Sequence record: PP328843.1 | Source: Escherichia phage 215Ecol030PP | Reading direction: 5' to 3' (one strand) | Length of the DNA stretch: 64,000 bases | Shown here: positions 1 to 9,495 of the stretch, piece by piece | How positions within the stretch are numbered: position 1 is the first letter of the stretch | How the letters are laid out: every line of letters begins with the position of its first letter | Program-made: the position numbers and the translations under genes | Notes under the pieces: model-generated | What the model was told of the DNA's origin: nothing | Seen by the model: only the letters and a program-made list of their open reading frames with translations | Database searches by the model: none

Positions 1-2178
1 TTAGGCCGCAAGGGCCTTCATAGTTTTAGCGATTTGGGAAACTTCATCATCACTCAAAGAGTTACGATAACCGATGAAGTCGGAAACAATACGGAATTTC
101 TTGGTAAACTCAGCAACCATTTTATCACTATTTTTTGAAGCATTACGTGATAATTCATCAAAGAGATTAGTTACTGTCCAGATGTCATGACCGATGGTAT
201 CTTTTCCACCATTAAAATATACACCGCGCAATGAACTAACTATATTAGCGAGTCGTGTATATTCTTCAGAAACTTCATCTGTACTGAAGTACTTCATCAT
301 AAAATCTAGTTCAGGATACTTGATAATTTTATCAATATATCGTTGAGCTGAACTTGAATAACCTACGTACTTATCATAATCTACATCATCAAAAGCATCT
401 ACATATAAATCACGCAGAGTTTCAAAAATACATTGGCACTGACCGAGTTCTTTTACCTTTTTCTGCAAAAGCGGACGAATAACATAAAATTCATTAATGC
501 CAATAAGATTAGCCATACGAATCAAAATATTCATAGATGGATGACAAAGAGATGTAGTACCATCCATAGAGAAAATATCAGAACGATGCATATACGCTAC
601 ATAACCAGTAATTTCATCTGCTTCTGATGTGAGCGTAAATAATTCCTCTTTTTCCCAGCGCCCGTCTTTAATTTCAAACTTAAATGCTGTAGCAGCTTTA
701 GGACGAGGAGCTTTACTTTTAACTACCTTTGGAATATAGCTTTTAACTAAAGCTTCAATTTCTGACAAATAATGAATGTTAACTTCATCACTTTCAAACA
801 TCGCCATAATATCAGGAAGCAAATCAATCTGCGATTCTACTTCTGGATTAATAAACAGAAGGCGTTCGTTGTGATGAATATTCAAAGTGTTATTAAATTC
901 ACTATCATCTAACGCATGTGCTAATCCACGGACAATATTAACACGATTTTTAATATTATCAATAACGATATTAATTTTTGTTGTATTAATACCAAACAGA
1001 CGATAACTTGATGCAACGACTGAAGTTTCATGGCTTTGCTTAATGCGTTTCAGTCGAGGGTCAAGATTTACTTCATACACAACTCCCGCGTTGCATAACT
1101 TACTATCAGGTTCAAACATACTCTGCATCTTCTTATATGACAGATTTTTAGTCGTGAATTTGACTGAATTACTAATCATATAATCTCGAGCAGAATACCC
1201 CATCTTCATCAATTCACGATATGTGTGACGAGGAGATGTAGATTCTTTAAATCGTTTTACATCTTCATTAAATGCTTTCTCACTGAGTTCTTTAACTCGT
1301 TCAATAATATTTTTACGAGTGCGATCATCCAGTGAAAGAGCTTCACGTGATGGAGCAATATCAAGTGAACCCATTGGAAACTTAATGTAATTCACTTCAT
1401 TGCGAATGCTTAGCCAGTTACGGTCTCTAATAACACCATCGATAGGATAAACAATACCGCCATAGATAGCATATAATCCACCACGATCAGGCCAGTATCT
1501 TTCTGGATTTACGCCGTAATAATCATCAAAATCCGGAAAATAATCAATTTCGCGGTCAAGACCATTAATGATAGCCAAATCTTTGAATGGTCGCATGATA
1601 TAAGAAACTTCATAAGCAAAGTTTCTAAAGTCTTTTTCTTCAACTGGAACTACGATTTCAATACCAGTTTTATCATCTGGACCCATTTCTTTTACGAATG
1701 TAGGTTTAATCTGTGGACCATCACCATCCATGTAAGCTACATAACCACGAATTTCACCTTTATGATACGAAGTAATACTAAATGTATCAGTATAACTAAA
1801 CGGAGATTTAGAACCTAAACCAAATCCGCCAATGAAATCGTTAGATTCAGCTTTAGATGAACTGAAGTATGAATTATACAACCCAGGAGAATTATCATCA
1901 CCCTGAATATCAAAATCACTCATACCCGGACCAAAATCTCGGCAAACAAATCGCGGGTCTAATCGTCCTGGAACTTGAATGATAAATTTTTCAGGATTTC
2001 CATTGAGAGCATGGGCATCAATCATGTTAGTAATCAATTCACGGACTACTGCGCGAATCTTGTTTGTATACAAATCAGATGACAGAATTTTAAATACTTT
2101 AGGAGATGCTGTGATGCTAAATGCTTTTGATTTAGAACCATTACCAAGAATTGTTTCTTTTTCAGTGGTGATAATCAT
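1..2178 (-). CDS. rIIA: rIIA protein (membrane-associated rapid-lysis / exclusion-sensitivity protein), 725 aa
   Basis: Full-length 725-aa ORF; ATG at 2176-2178 preceded by GAGGAAA SD; sequence recognised as T4 rIIA; stop codon is window positions 1-3. Confidence 0.93.
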   Translation of the reverse strand: MIITTEKETILGNGSKSKAFSITASPKVFKILSSDLYTNKIRAVVRELITNMIDAHALNGNPEKFIIQVPGRLDPRFVCRDFGPGMSDFDIQGDDNSPGLYNSYFSSSKAESNDFIGGFGLGSKSPFSYTDTFSITSYHKGEIRGYVAYMDGDGPQIKPTFVKEMGPDDKTGIEIVVPVEEKDFRNFAYEVSYIMRPFKDLAIINGLDREIDYFPDFDDYYGVNPERYWPDRGGLYAIYGGIVYPIDGVIRDRNWLSIRNEVNYIKFPMGSLDIAPSREALSLDDRTRKNIIERVKELSEKAFNEDVKRFKESTSPRHTYRELMKMGYSARDYMISNSVKFTTKNLSYKKMQSMFEPDSKLCNAGVVYEVNLDPRLKRIKQSHETSVVASSYRLFGINTTKINIVIDNIKNRVNIVRGLAHALDDSEFNNTLNIHHNERLLFINPEVESQIDLLPDIMAMFESDEVNIHYLSEIEALVKSYIPKVVKSKAPRPKAATAFKFEIKDGRWEKEELFTLTSEADEITGYVAYMHRSDIFSMDGTTSLCHPSMNILIRMANLIGINEFYVIRPLLQKKVKELGQCQCIFETLRDLYVDAFDDVDYDKYVGYSSSAQRYIDKIIKYPELDFMMKYFSTDEVSEEYTRLANIVSSLRGVYFNGGKDTIGHDIWTVTNLFDELSRNASKNSDKMVAEFTKKFRIVSDFIGYRNSLSDDEVSQIAKTMKALAA

Positions 2179-2188
2179 AATTTCCTCA

Positions 2189-2392
2189 TTAATTCATATT
2201 ACGCTTAATAACTTCAGCAACTTCTAGTAGTTCATCTTTAGTTGCAGTGTCGGATTGAATTTTATCTCTAATATCTTTAAAGCGGTTTTTAAATTCTTCG
2301 GCTTCTCCCATATCGAAAAAGCGTTGAATGATTCTATATTCTCGATGAACTGCTTTATCAAAAAGTTCTAAATTTACTTTATATGATTTCAT
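2189..2392 (-). CDS. small hypothetical protein upstream of rIIA (rIIA.1 position), 67 aa
   Basis: ATG at 2390-2392; tightly packed upstream of rIIA; early promoter immediately upstream. Confidence 0.6.
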   Translation of the reverse strand: MKSYKVNLELFDKAVHREYRIIQRFFDMGEAEEFKNRFKDIRDKIQSDTATKDELLEVAEVIKRNMN

Positions 2393-2417
2393 TTCAATAT
2401 CCTCATTTGCCCAATTA

Positions 2418-2447
2418 ATTATACCACATCCTTGTGGTAAAGTAAAC
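2418..2447 (-). promoter_or_regulatory. T4-type early promoter (sigma70-like, extended -10 TGgTATAAT, -35 GTTTAC) for rIIA.1-rIIA
   Basis: Minus strand reads GTTTAC-15nt-TGGTATAAT; plus-strand attata at 2418-2423 and gtaaac at 2442-2447; near-identical copy at 50188-50217. Confidence 0.55.
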
Positions 2448-2979
2448 TACTGGCTCATCCATTCTTTACGAAGGTCAGCGTTATCTCCCATGAGCATTTC
2501 AAAAAGCTCTTTCCAGTTCTCAGGAAGTTTAACAACATCATATACTGGGTTTTGAATCATCTCACGATATTCAGATTTTTCCAAAGAGCCAAGTCCCTTA
2601 ATATAACGGATGCTATGTTTAGGTAGAGTATCTTTAGCACTCTCATATTCAGCGACTGTATAAAACCATTTTTGAGTTTTGCCAATTTGTGCAATAATTA
2701 CAGGCGTTTTAACAAAGCGAATACGTCCTTGTTCAAACAATTCTGGCCAATTACTAAAAAATCCGAGCAGAGAAGGATAAATAGAACCTAATCCAATAAT
2801 CTCTTAATTATGAGGTATTTCTATGGATAGCCCGAAGGCTATCCATCGTGATCTGCGTCTGTCATAATAGCGACATTCGCATAGTTCATTGAAGAGGATT
2901 TAATAGAACGACGAACATTGTTCTGCAATTTATATTTTTTCATATCAACGCTAGAAGAATCAATTTTTACAAATTTCAT
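2447..2979 (-). CDS. 60: DNA topoisomerase II medium subunit gp60, 160 aa, translated with a 50-nt ribosomal bypass: join(2979..2842, 2791..2447) on minus strand
   Basis: N-terminal 46 codons MKFVKIDSSSVDMKKYKLQNNVRRSIKSSSMNYANVAIMTDADHDG end at GGA (2842-2844) followed by UAG (2839-2841); coding resumes after landing GGA (2792-2794) with LGSIYPSLLGFFSNWPELFEQGRIRF...; 46+114 codons = 160 aa. Confidence 0.9.
2792..2841 (-). other. 50-nt untranslated coding gap of gene 60 (programmed translational bypass / ribosome hopping element)
   Basis: Exactly 50 nt between take-off GGA and resume codon UUA, beginning UAG and ending with matching landing GGA; take-off hairpin GGAUAGCC-UUCG-GGCUAUCC spans 2825-2844. 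Confidence 0.9.
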
Positions 2980-3778
2980 TATACACCTCATAGAACTTTT
3001 CATCAGGAATCCAACCGCGTTTAAATTCATTAAATGCTCGGCCGAATAATTTTGAATTCACAGTTATATTATTAACTGATTTCCATTTAGCAACTCCTGT
3101 TCGTTTATAATGATCGGGGTCATATTTCGTGACGTACCATTCATATAAATTTGGTATTAATTTTACAGCCTCTGGATTTGTCGCTGATTTATTATACCAT
3201 GGTTTCGCTTTTTCAAGTTCAGCTGCTTTTGCAGTAGCAGCAACAGTATTTCCAATACCAACTAATTTTTCAGCTTTAATGCGTGGATCATTAACATGAA
3301 GACGAAAAACTTCGCCCTTTTCATTTTTAAAGCATGTCATGCCTTTAATTCCAGGAAGCTTAACACCTTTATTAACACCGCACCATTCCTTTGGGTTAAA
3401 TGATCCTTTAATTAATAAGGCGCATTTACCCGATTTAATACTTCTCATTAAAACTTTATCTTTCATAAAGTTTTTTGACCATTCAGATACTGCTCTTTGA
3501 TGGTAAATTCTAGCGATTTCATATAATTTACTAGAACGTAAATATTTTTCAGTGTTTAACATTCTATTCATCGCATATGCCATTTCACGATTACGATGAA
3601 TTTTATATAGTAGAAAATGTGCTAAAAAGTGTTCACGAAAAGTCAGTTTCACCAAATTTTCTTTATCATCAGAACCTCCCATTGATCTTGGAAGGATATG
3701 ATGAATTTCACCCTTAAATTTAGAAACGCGGGTTTTACCCCGCACTATTAAGTCATTATAGATTTTTTCGTAATTCAC
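2960..3778 (-). CDS. mobA: MobA HNH homing endonuclease, 272 aa, inserted between topoisomerase genes 39 and 60
   Basis: HNH motif HHILPRSMGGSDDKENLVKLTFREHFLAHF; N-terminus MNYEKIYN matches the MNY..IY N-termini of the two other Mob-type ORFs in the window; apparent GTG start at 3776-3778; 3' end overlaps gene 60 start by about 20 nt. Confidence 0.85.
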   Translation of the reverse strand: MNYEKIYNDLIVRGKTRVSKFKGEIHHILPRSMGGSDDKENLVKLTFREHFLAHFLLYKIHRNREMAYAMNRMLNTEKYLRSSKLYEIARIYHQRAVSEWSKNFMKDKVLMRSIKSGKCALLIKGSFNPKEWCGVNKGVKLPGIKGMTCFKNEKGEVFRLHVNDPRIKAEKLVGIGNTVAATAKAAELEKAKPWYNKSATNPEAVKLIPNLYEWYVTKYDPDHYKRTGVAKWKSVNNITVNSKLFGRAFNEFKRGWIPDEKFYEVYNEICKN

Positions 3779-5306
3779 CTACTGTTATCCATTTACCATT
3801 AATCTGTACTTCATCATTTTCATTTACGATAATTGTATCGCCATTTAGTTCGAAAGTAAACCACTCGCCATCTTCTTTTTCTTCAAACGCTTTTTCACCA
3901 AGAACTAATCCAGTGATTGCGCAAATATCAAACAGTTCTTTGTTTTTAAGCATATCAGCATATGACATACCCCAACTGTTGAGAACTTTACCACGCAATG
4001 GATAACCACCATGAAGTTCTTTATCACGAACATCAATAAGATATCCGATAGCCGAATCACCCTCAGTCAAGAAAAGAGTAGTGTCAGCATCTTTACCACA
4101 AAGATTCGCTTTAATATGTTTATGAACCTTAGCTTTAGAAGCCTTTTTAGCCGCTTTAGTTTCTGCTGCTTTTTCTGCCGCCAATTTACGAGCTAATGCT
4201 GCTTCAATAATCGGCATTAAAATTGCTTCATTATTTAGAATAGCACGTGAAATCTTTTTAGCATCAAGTTGAATATGACTACGGATTTCACCAAATGGAG
4301 AAGTCAAACGCTCTTTAGTTTGAGAATCAAATCGCATGTTTTTCATATCACGAACAAACATAACGATAGTCAAACATTCTTTGACACGCGCTTTAGTTAC
4401 ATCAATTTTGAATTTACGTTTGATTTGTGGAATAAGGTCTTCACAAATATCATCCATAACGCAGTCAATGTGATGGCCACCATTCTTAGTGTGAATGTTA
4501 TTCACATAAGTTAATTGACGAAAACCATCCGGTGAACGACCAACCGCAATAGAACAATTTTCTTGTTCTTGAACGATAGCATGTTCATCATACTGTCGTG
4601 CATATTTCTTAAAATTGCCCTGAACCTTTTTACCATTAAAGGTAAATTGAATATCAGGATAAACTACTGCAAGTGTCTGGAGACGATCCAGTGTAATGTC
4701 AAGATAAACTTGGGACAGCTCATTAGTTTCAAATGACATAAAATCTGGAATGAAAGTAACACGAGTTCCTTTCCATTTTCCAGGAATAGTTTCCCAGGAT
4801 TTATTTTCCATGCCATTTGAACAACGAACTACAATATTATTTTGACCATCGCCAGTTTCACCAACAAACATCACAGAAAAAATGTTTGTCAAACTAGAAC
4901 CAACACCATTCATACCGCCAGTGACGCGTTCTTTATCATCACCGAAGTTACCACCTGCTTTTGGAATAGTCCATGCAGCAACAGGACCAGGAATTTCTTC
5001 ACCGGTAGGTGTTTTAACCATCGCCTGTGGAATACCACGACCGTTATCTTCAACTGTTACTTGATTGTTTTTAATAGTAACATTAATTTTATTTGCGAAT
5101 TTAAACTTAGTACGAATACCTTCATCTACTGAGTTATCGATAATTTCATCAATAAGCTTAACAAGACCAGGTACATACTGAACACTTTCCCATTTACCAA
5201 ACAGAAAGCGCTCATGCATTTCATTAGCAGAAGAGCCAATGTACATGCCGCTACGCTTTTTGATATGTTCAATATCGCTCAGAATTTTAATTTCATTCTT
5301 AATCAT
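3756..5306 (-). CDS. 39: DNA topoisomerase II large (ATPase, GyrB-like) subunit gp39, 516 aa
   Basis: GHKL ATPase and Toprim-type motifs (EDNGRGIP, GGxNGVGSS); ATG at 5304-5306 (the ORF track starts one codon upstream at a GTG). Confidence 0.95.
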   Translation of the reverse strand: MIKNEIKILSDIEHIKKRSGMYIGSSANEMHERFLFGKWESVQYVPGLVKLIDEIIDNSVDEGIRTKFKFANKINVTIKNNQVTVEDNGRGIPQAMVKTPTGEEIPGPVAAWTIPKAGGNFGDDKERVTGGMNGVGSSLTNIFSVMFVGETGDGQNNIVVRCSNGMENKSWETIPGKWKGTRVTFIPDFMSFETNELSQVYLDITLDRLQTLAVVYPDIQFTFNGKKVQGNFKKYARQYDEHAIVQEQENCSIAVGRSPDGFRQLTYVNNIHTKNGGHHIDCVMDDICEDLIPQIKRKFKIDVTKARVKECLTIVMFVRDMKNMRFDSQTKERLTSPFGEIRSHIQLDAKKISRAILNNEAILMPIIEAALARKLAAEKAAETKAAKKASKAKVHKHIKANLCGKDADTTLFLTEGDSAIGYLIDVRDKELHGGYPLRGKVLNSWGMSYADMLKNKELFDICAITGLVLGEKAFEEKEDGEWFTFELNGDTIIVNENDEVQINGKWITVGELRKNL

Positions 5307-5350
5307 CACTTATCCTCGTTTGGTTTCGGGAATATTATACTCCGGTAATC

Positions 5351-5373
5351 ATAAAGCTAAAGGCCCGAAGGCC
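5351..5373 (-). terminator. intrinsic terminator-like hairpin GGCC-UUCG-GGCC followed by U-rich tract
   Basis: Plus strand ggcccgaaggcc at 5362-5373 directly downstream of the 39.1 stop codon on the minus strand. Confidence 0.45.
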
Positions 5374-5375
5374 TT

Positions 5376-5636
5376 TTATTTAAAACGAATAGTTGAATCC
5401 TTAAAGAACAGCCCAGAACATACTGTTCCTTCTACTTTCTGCCCGGTAGGTCCAATAGCACGAAATCCAGTATGTTGGAAATCATTTTCAGAGCAACCGA
5501 GCCAGTTATATCCAGTGATTTCAATATTAGTAAAACCGCTTGAAGACAAAACTTTGGTTGCATTATCAGCATCAGTACATCCTATTAAAGACACTGCTAA
5601 TACTAATGCTGCAATAGAACGATTAACATATTTCAT
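5376..5636 (-). CDS. putative lipoprotein (39.1 position), 86 aa
   Basis: Signal peptide with lipobox-like LIGC; ATG at 5634-5636. Confidence 0.6.
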   Translation of the reverse strand: MKYVNRSIAALVLAVSLIGCTDADNATKVLSSSGFTNIEITGYNWLGCSENDFQHTGFRAIGPTGQKVEGTVCSGLFFKDSTIRFK

Positions 5637-5638
5637 AA

Positions 5639-5815
5639 TTACCCTTTAAGCAAGTCGTAAAATCCGCCATTCACATGCTTAGGAGCGGAAACTAACCGAA
5701 TAGCAATCCGATGACAATCAGGACATACATCAGTATCCCTTTCAGAAATTTTCTTGATTTTTTCGTATTCTTTTGCGCAGTCTTTGGATTGGCATTTATA
5801 ATCATAAAGCGGCAT
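5639..5815 (-). CDS. small zinc-ribbon protein, 58 aa (below the ORF-track size cut-off)
   Basis: Own translation MPLYDYKCQSKDCAKEYEKIKKISERDTDVCPDCHRIAIRLVSAPKHVNGGFYDLLKG; CxxxxC...CxxC zinc-ribbon pattern; fills the gap between adjacent genes exactly. Confidence 0.55.
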   Translation of the reverse strand: MPLYDYKCQSKDCAKEYEKIKKISERDTDVCPDCHRIAIRLVSAPKHVNGGFYDLLKG

Positions 5816-5817
5816 AA

Positions 5818-6237
5818 TTATTCCTTAAAGTGAGCTTTCAACATCTGATACAAGGACCATGCTTGTTCATTATTTTCAATAGTAATTTTCATGACTGGGA
5901 ATTCTGTGAAATCTTCTATTTGTTCTTGCTCTTCCTGCTCTTGTTCTTCAGCTGCCTGGTATGGATTTTCAACTTCATTAAAGAACTCGGCTTCGTTGCT
6001 AGAAAGCCAGATAAAGTTTTCGTCAATGACTGTACCTCGTGATGAATATCCAACTGTGCCAGTAGATGTCACAATTTTAGTAGGACGCCCGTAATAGTCA
6101 ACATCTAAAATTTTAAAAGGTTCCATACCTAAACGGCGTGCATAGATTCCGTTATCAGTATGGTCTTTAATAAAATTTTCTTGAGCTTGTTTATTTTTAA
6201 ATTGATACCATTTATTAACTTCAAATTTAATAGCCAT
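5818..6237 (-). CDS. hypothetical acidic protein (GoF position in T4 gene order), 139 aa
   Basis: ORF in gene train; glutamate/glutamine-rich linker [10 protein letters not shown]; assignment by position only. Confidence 0.55.
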   Translation of the reverse strand: MAIKFEVNKWYQFKNKQAQENFIKDHTDNGIYARRLGMEPFKILDVDYYGRPTKIVTSTGTVGYSSRGTVIDENFIWLSSNEAEFFNEVENPYQAAEEQEQEEQEQIEDFTEFPVMKITIENNEQAWSLYQMLKAHFKE

Positions 6238-6452
6238 TAATAAATTTCCTTCCAGTAAGTTGTGCCATCTTCAGTAATTTCACGAAATACACCATAAATT
6301 GGCTGTTTATCGCCGACTTTCTCATACACATAAACAGAAGTCAAGTGAGTAAACTTGCTAGTATGTTCCTTTTGAACTACTACCAAATCTGGATCGAATA
6401 ATACATCTTCAAATTCGTCATTAGTGCAGTTCTGAACAATTTTACGTTTCAT
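6237..6452 (-). CDS. hypothetical protein (Cef position), 71 aa
   Basis: ORF in gene train; stop/start abuts the downstream gene. Confidence 0.5.
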   Translation of the reverse strand: MKRKIVQNCTNDEFEDVLFDPDLVVVQKEHTSKFTHLTSVYVYEKVGDKQPIYGVFREITEDGTTYWKEIY

Positions 6453-6624
6453 TACAATTTCCTCATTAATTGAACATTGGAGCGATGCGTTTCAGAAGAG
6501 TATCAACACCTTTAGCGAATTTTCCATTTTATTCTCCAAGTTGTTTTCTATATCAGTAGTTGATATTGATATAGTACCATAATCAACTACTGATGTATAT
6601 AGTTTTATGAAAAAATTTTAAACT

Positions 6625-7122
6625 TTATGCACAGCGAGCTTTGCTATAGTGTTTAATCCAACTTTCAGGAATGACTTTGTATGTTCCTAAAAATACCGCG
6701 TTGTACAGCTTAACACCATCTTCTACCCACTGATCGGTAATGTATGCGCACATAGCACGAGTACGGTGTTTTTGAATAACCCCTTCCTCATCTTCAGTAA
6801 ATTCGAATTCATAAGGAGCAACGAACTTGATAGCTTGACCGAGTTTCCACTTAAAGTCTACACCTACATGCGAAGTATCAATCGTTTCAATTCCTTTAGC
6901 GGGAACAGCTTTCAAAAACGCAGATTCAAGAAATTTCGCGCGAACATAACCAAACTGAGGTTTAGACTTTCCATCTTTAGGAATGATACGCACTTTTACT
7001 TCAGAATCTTCATCTTTAACGCCGTGTTTAAGCTGAATGCTTACAATTTCGACCAATTTTCCTGCTGCTTTAGAGCGGGATTTATCAGATACACGAGCAA
7101 TTTCACCAATATTAATAATCAT
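6625..7122 (-). CDS. MotB-position protein, 165 aa; paralog of the next gene
   Basis: ATG at 7120-7122; C-terminal motif TDQWVEDGVKL shared with ORF 7199-7744. Confidence 0.6.
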   Translation of the reverse strand: MIINIGEIARVSDKSRSKAAGKLVEIVSIQLKHGVKDEDSEVKVRIIPKDGKSKPQFGYVRAKFLESAFLKAVPAKGIETIDTSHVGVDFKWKLGQAIKFVAPYEFEFTEDEEGVIQKHRTRAMCAYITDQWVEDGVKLYNAVFLGTYKVIPESWIKHYSKARCA

Positions 7123-7198
7123 AGTTATCTCTCACTTGTTAAAAAGATTTTATACTCCACGGGACCATTATACTCTGGTCCCAAGAGTTTGTAAACTA

Positions 7199-7744
7199 TT
7201 AATTCAAAATAGCTACCACTGCACTACGAGGTACTACACTAAAATCACCTGCATGAACAACGTTCAGAAGTTCAACGCCATCTTCAATCCACTGGTCTGT
7301 TACCCAACCACAGATAGGATTATCAAAAGGACGACGGATAGACACAGCAGCACACAACAGGTCTGTAGGGTCTTGTTCTTCAACTTCTTGGAACAGGATG
7401 AACTCATCTTCATAAACCAGGTTTTTCTTTATTTTGTTATTATCTAACCGGCGACCGTGGATGACGTAAGATTTGTCAAACCACTCACTTTTGGCAAATT
7501 CTTCAACAATAAATTCGCCTTCGCCAAAAACATCAGTCAGAGTTTTATGACCAGAAATCAAGGCATTAGTTTTAATTTTAGGTTCAACCAGTTTGTAGGT
7601 TTTGCCGATTTCAATAGCGGTAGTCATAGTAGGTTCCTTAATTTCCAGTGGTTTAACAGGGCATACATAAGTGCTTACAACATCAAAATCAATCAGTTTA
7701 GCTACCGGATTTGGTATGTATTCAGGATTATAATTAAATTTCAT
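7199..7744 (-). CDS. hypothetical protein, 181 aa, paralog of the preceding gene (shared C-terminal TDQW[IV]EDGV domain)
   Basis: C-terminus ICGWVTDQWIEDGVELLNVVHAGDFSVVP aligns with MCAYITDQWVEDGVKLYNAVFLGTYKVIP of ORF 6625-7122. Confidence 0.6.
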   Translation of the reverse strand: MKFNYNPEYIPNPVAKLIDFDVVSTYVCPVKPLEIKEPTMTTAIEIGKTYKLVEPKIKTNALISGHKTLTDVFGEGEFIVEEFAKSEWFDKSYVIHGRRLDNNKIKKNLVYEDEFILFQEVEEQDPTDLLCAAVSIRRPFDNPICGWVTDQWIEDGVELLNVVHAGDFSVVPRSAVVAILN

Positions 7745-7746
7745 AA

Positions 7747-8247
7747 TTATCTCATTTCAATAAAATCTATGAGTTCAGCATGCGATTTGCGGAACATTAC
7801 TTGGTGCCCGCCAATGATAACTTCATCTTCAGGAACTTCGTATACAGCGAGATAAAATCCTTTAGAAGATAATTCTTCCCGCTCTTCTCGTGTGAACCAT
7901 CTCATCATATCATATTCGCTAGCGAAAGCAAAATGATAAAGACCTATAAACCATCCTGGAATATGATATTCTACTCCAACATAATCTTTCTTGAACTTAG
8001 TATTAATTACTATATTAGCGTTTTTAACTAATAATTTATCTTCGTGTGGTAAAGGAATTCTTTTATTATTATCGCTATGATGCATAAAATTAGGTCTGTC
8101 ATAACCTACGTGTAATAGCCACTCTTCGCTCCATGAATCTATTATACTCCTGTACGGCGTTATTTGAACACAAAGATTTCGACGTATTGTTATAGCATCT
8201 TCATAATCAAGAATACTAAACGATGATTCAACACGATAAATTTTCAT
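7747..8247 (-). CDS. hypothetical protein, about 166 aa
   Basis: Track ORF 7747-8286; the promoter -10 lies inside the track N-terminus so the start is more likely the ATG at 8245-8247 with GAGGA SD. Confidence 0.55.
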   Translation of the reverse strand: MKIYRVESSFSILDYEDAITIRRNLCVQITPYRSIIDSWSEEWLLHVGYDRPNFMHHSDNNKRIPLPHEDKLLVKNANIVINTKFKKDYVGVEYHIPGWFIGLYHFAFASEYDMMRWFTREEREELSSKGFYLAVYEVPEDEVIIGGHQVMFRKSHAELIDFIEMR

Positions 8248-8269
8248 TTTATTATCCTCAGTAGCTATG

Positions 8270-8305
8270 GTGTTATAATACCACAACTAACCGAGGAAGT
8301 AAACA
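8270..8305 (-). promoter_or_regulatory. T4-type early promoter
   Basis: Plus-strand ttataata ... gtaaac (8300-8305) arrangement, i.e. GTTTAC -35 and TATAAT-like -10 on the minus strand. Confidence 0.45.
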
Positions 8306-8310
8306 ACTTT

Positions 8311-8994
8311 TTATCGTTTTGTTGGAAGAGACAAAGGATCGCATTCTTCCTCTGATGGAGCATCTTCAAGACCCATAGCATATCGCAAAGCATACTTCAT
8401 CATCAGGATGTCTTTCGCACAGTCATGAATAGAATTATGCGCAACGAATCCATCTAAAGTTCCTTTTGGAAGAGGACATGTGGTCATATCACGAACAAGC
8501 AGAAGTGCTTCAATTCTGGTACGAATATCACGCTGATTCCAAAATTTACAAGGTTCTAACTTAAATGTATCAAGCTCATTCTCAGAAACACCATTAAGAC
8601 GTTGAATATCGCGAATGAGATCGACTAAAATTGGAAAATCAAACGACATTCCACGGCACCAGCCTTGAGATTTCCAAGGATCGATATTATGCGCATTGAT
8701 GTAATCATTAAATTTTACAATACCATCGATAGTGCTTACATCTTCATCTGATGGTGCAATATTTTTTCGAGCTTCAGGGGATTGATTCTTCCACCATTCG
8801 ATAGTGCTTTTAGTAAAAAGACGATGTCCTTTTTGGCTTTTTAAATCAAATTTGATTTTAATGCCACGTGAAACTAATTCATCAAATGTTTCAACTACTT
8901 CTGGGTTAGGGTCAAAAGCAATTACAGCTAAATCAATAACAGCTGCTTTTTCGCCGCTTCCCATTGTTTCAAAATCTATAATAAAATCAAACAT
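8311..8994 (-). CDS. dexA: exonuclease A (DnaQ-like 3'-5' exonuclease), 227 aa
   Basis: DEDD exonuclease motifs (FIIDFETMG ... H..DC); size and position match T4 dexA. Confidence 0.88.
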   Translation of the reverse strand: MFDFIIDFETMGSGEKAAVIDLAVIAFDPNPEVVETFDELVSRGIKIKFDLKSQKGHRLFTKSTIEWWKNQSPEARKNIAPSDEDVSTIDGIVKFNDYINAHNIDPWKSQGWCRGMSFDFPILVDLIRDIQRLNGVSENELDTFKLEPCKFWNQRDIRTRIEALLLVRDMTTCPLPKGTLDGFVAHNSIHDCAKDILMMKYALRYAMGLEDAPSEEECDPLSLPTKR

Positions 8995-9269
8995 TAAATT
9001 TTCCTTGCTAAATCGCGAATTTGACCTACAGTATAGTCTTGAATATAAACTTTATTGATAGGCTCATCAATAAATTTTGCCACAGATTCAATATCTTTTT
9101 GTATTTCTTCAAGACTGTATACTATCTTTGAAGCTTTTTCGCGAATAGTAATATTTTCAGGACCTGGATTTTCTTCAATGACATCTTTAACACTTGTCAT
9201 AAGAGATTTAAACTGCCACCAACTTAATTCAATCATTAATAACCGCCTTATAAAGATAGCTAATTTCAC
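8994..9269 (-). CDS. hypothetical protein, 91 aa (start uncertain)
   Basis: ORF in gene train; overlaps next ORF at its 5' end so the true start is probably an internal Met. Confidence 0.5.
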   Translation of the reverse strand: MKLAIFIRRLLMIELSWWQFKSLMTSVKDVIEENPGPENITIREKASKIVYSLEEIQKDIESVAKFIDEPINKVYIQDYTVGQIRDLARKI

Positions 9270-9489
9270 CTAAAATGTAATCACTGATTGTAACAGTTTT
9301 TACTTCACCACAAAAGAATTCTAACGCAATCAAATCTCGTTCAATTTCTTCCAATTGAAGCATTAACTTGCCTGATTCAGTTTTCACATTTTTGCGATTT
9401 TTGCTATAAGCTATTTCATAAATTTCGCTTACTTTATCTTGAAGAAGATAAAACTGTTCTTTAGTTATTTCCACGAATAGCTTCCTCAA
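9229..9489 (-). CDS. hypothetical protein, 86 aa
   Basis: ORF in gene train. Confidence 0.5.
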   Translation of the reverse strand: MRKLFVEITKEQFYLLQDKVSEIYEIAYSKNRKNVKTESGKLMLQLEEIERDLIALEFFCGEVKTVTISDYILGEISYLYKAVIND

Positions 9490-9495
9490 ATTTAA

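Noticed and set aside
2839-3030. 63-aa ORF in the supplied track
   Set aside because: It is the N-terminal coding segment of gene 60 (46 codons ending at the take-off GGA and UAG) artificially extended upstream into mobA by an in-frame alternative start; not an independent gene
433-5132. Plus-strand ORFs inside rIIA and gene 39 (for example 433-627, 1979-2227, 4011-4196, 4269-4514, 4842-5132)
   Set aside because: They lie antisense to long, well-supported minus-strand genes, lack SD sequences and show no conserved motifs; typical shadow ORFs of AT-rich sequence. The same holds for the other plus-strand ORFs overlapping minus-strand genes across the window
5239-5649. 136-aa plus-strand ORF
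   Set aside because: Spans the gene 39 start, a terminator hairpin and all of the 39.1 lipoprotein gene on the opposite strand; no SD; low-complexity translation
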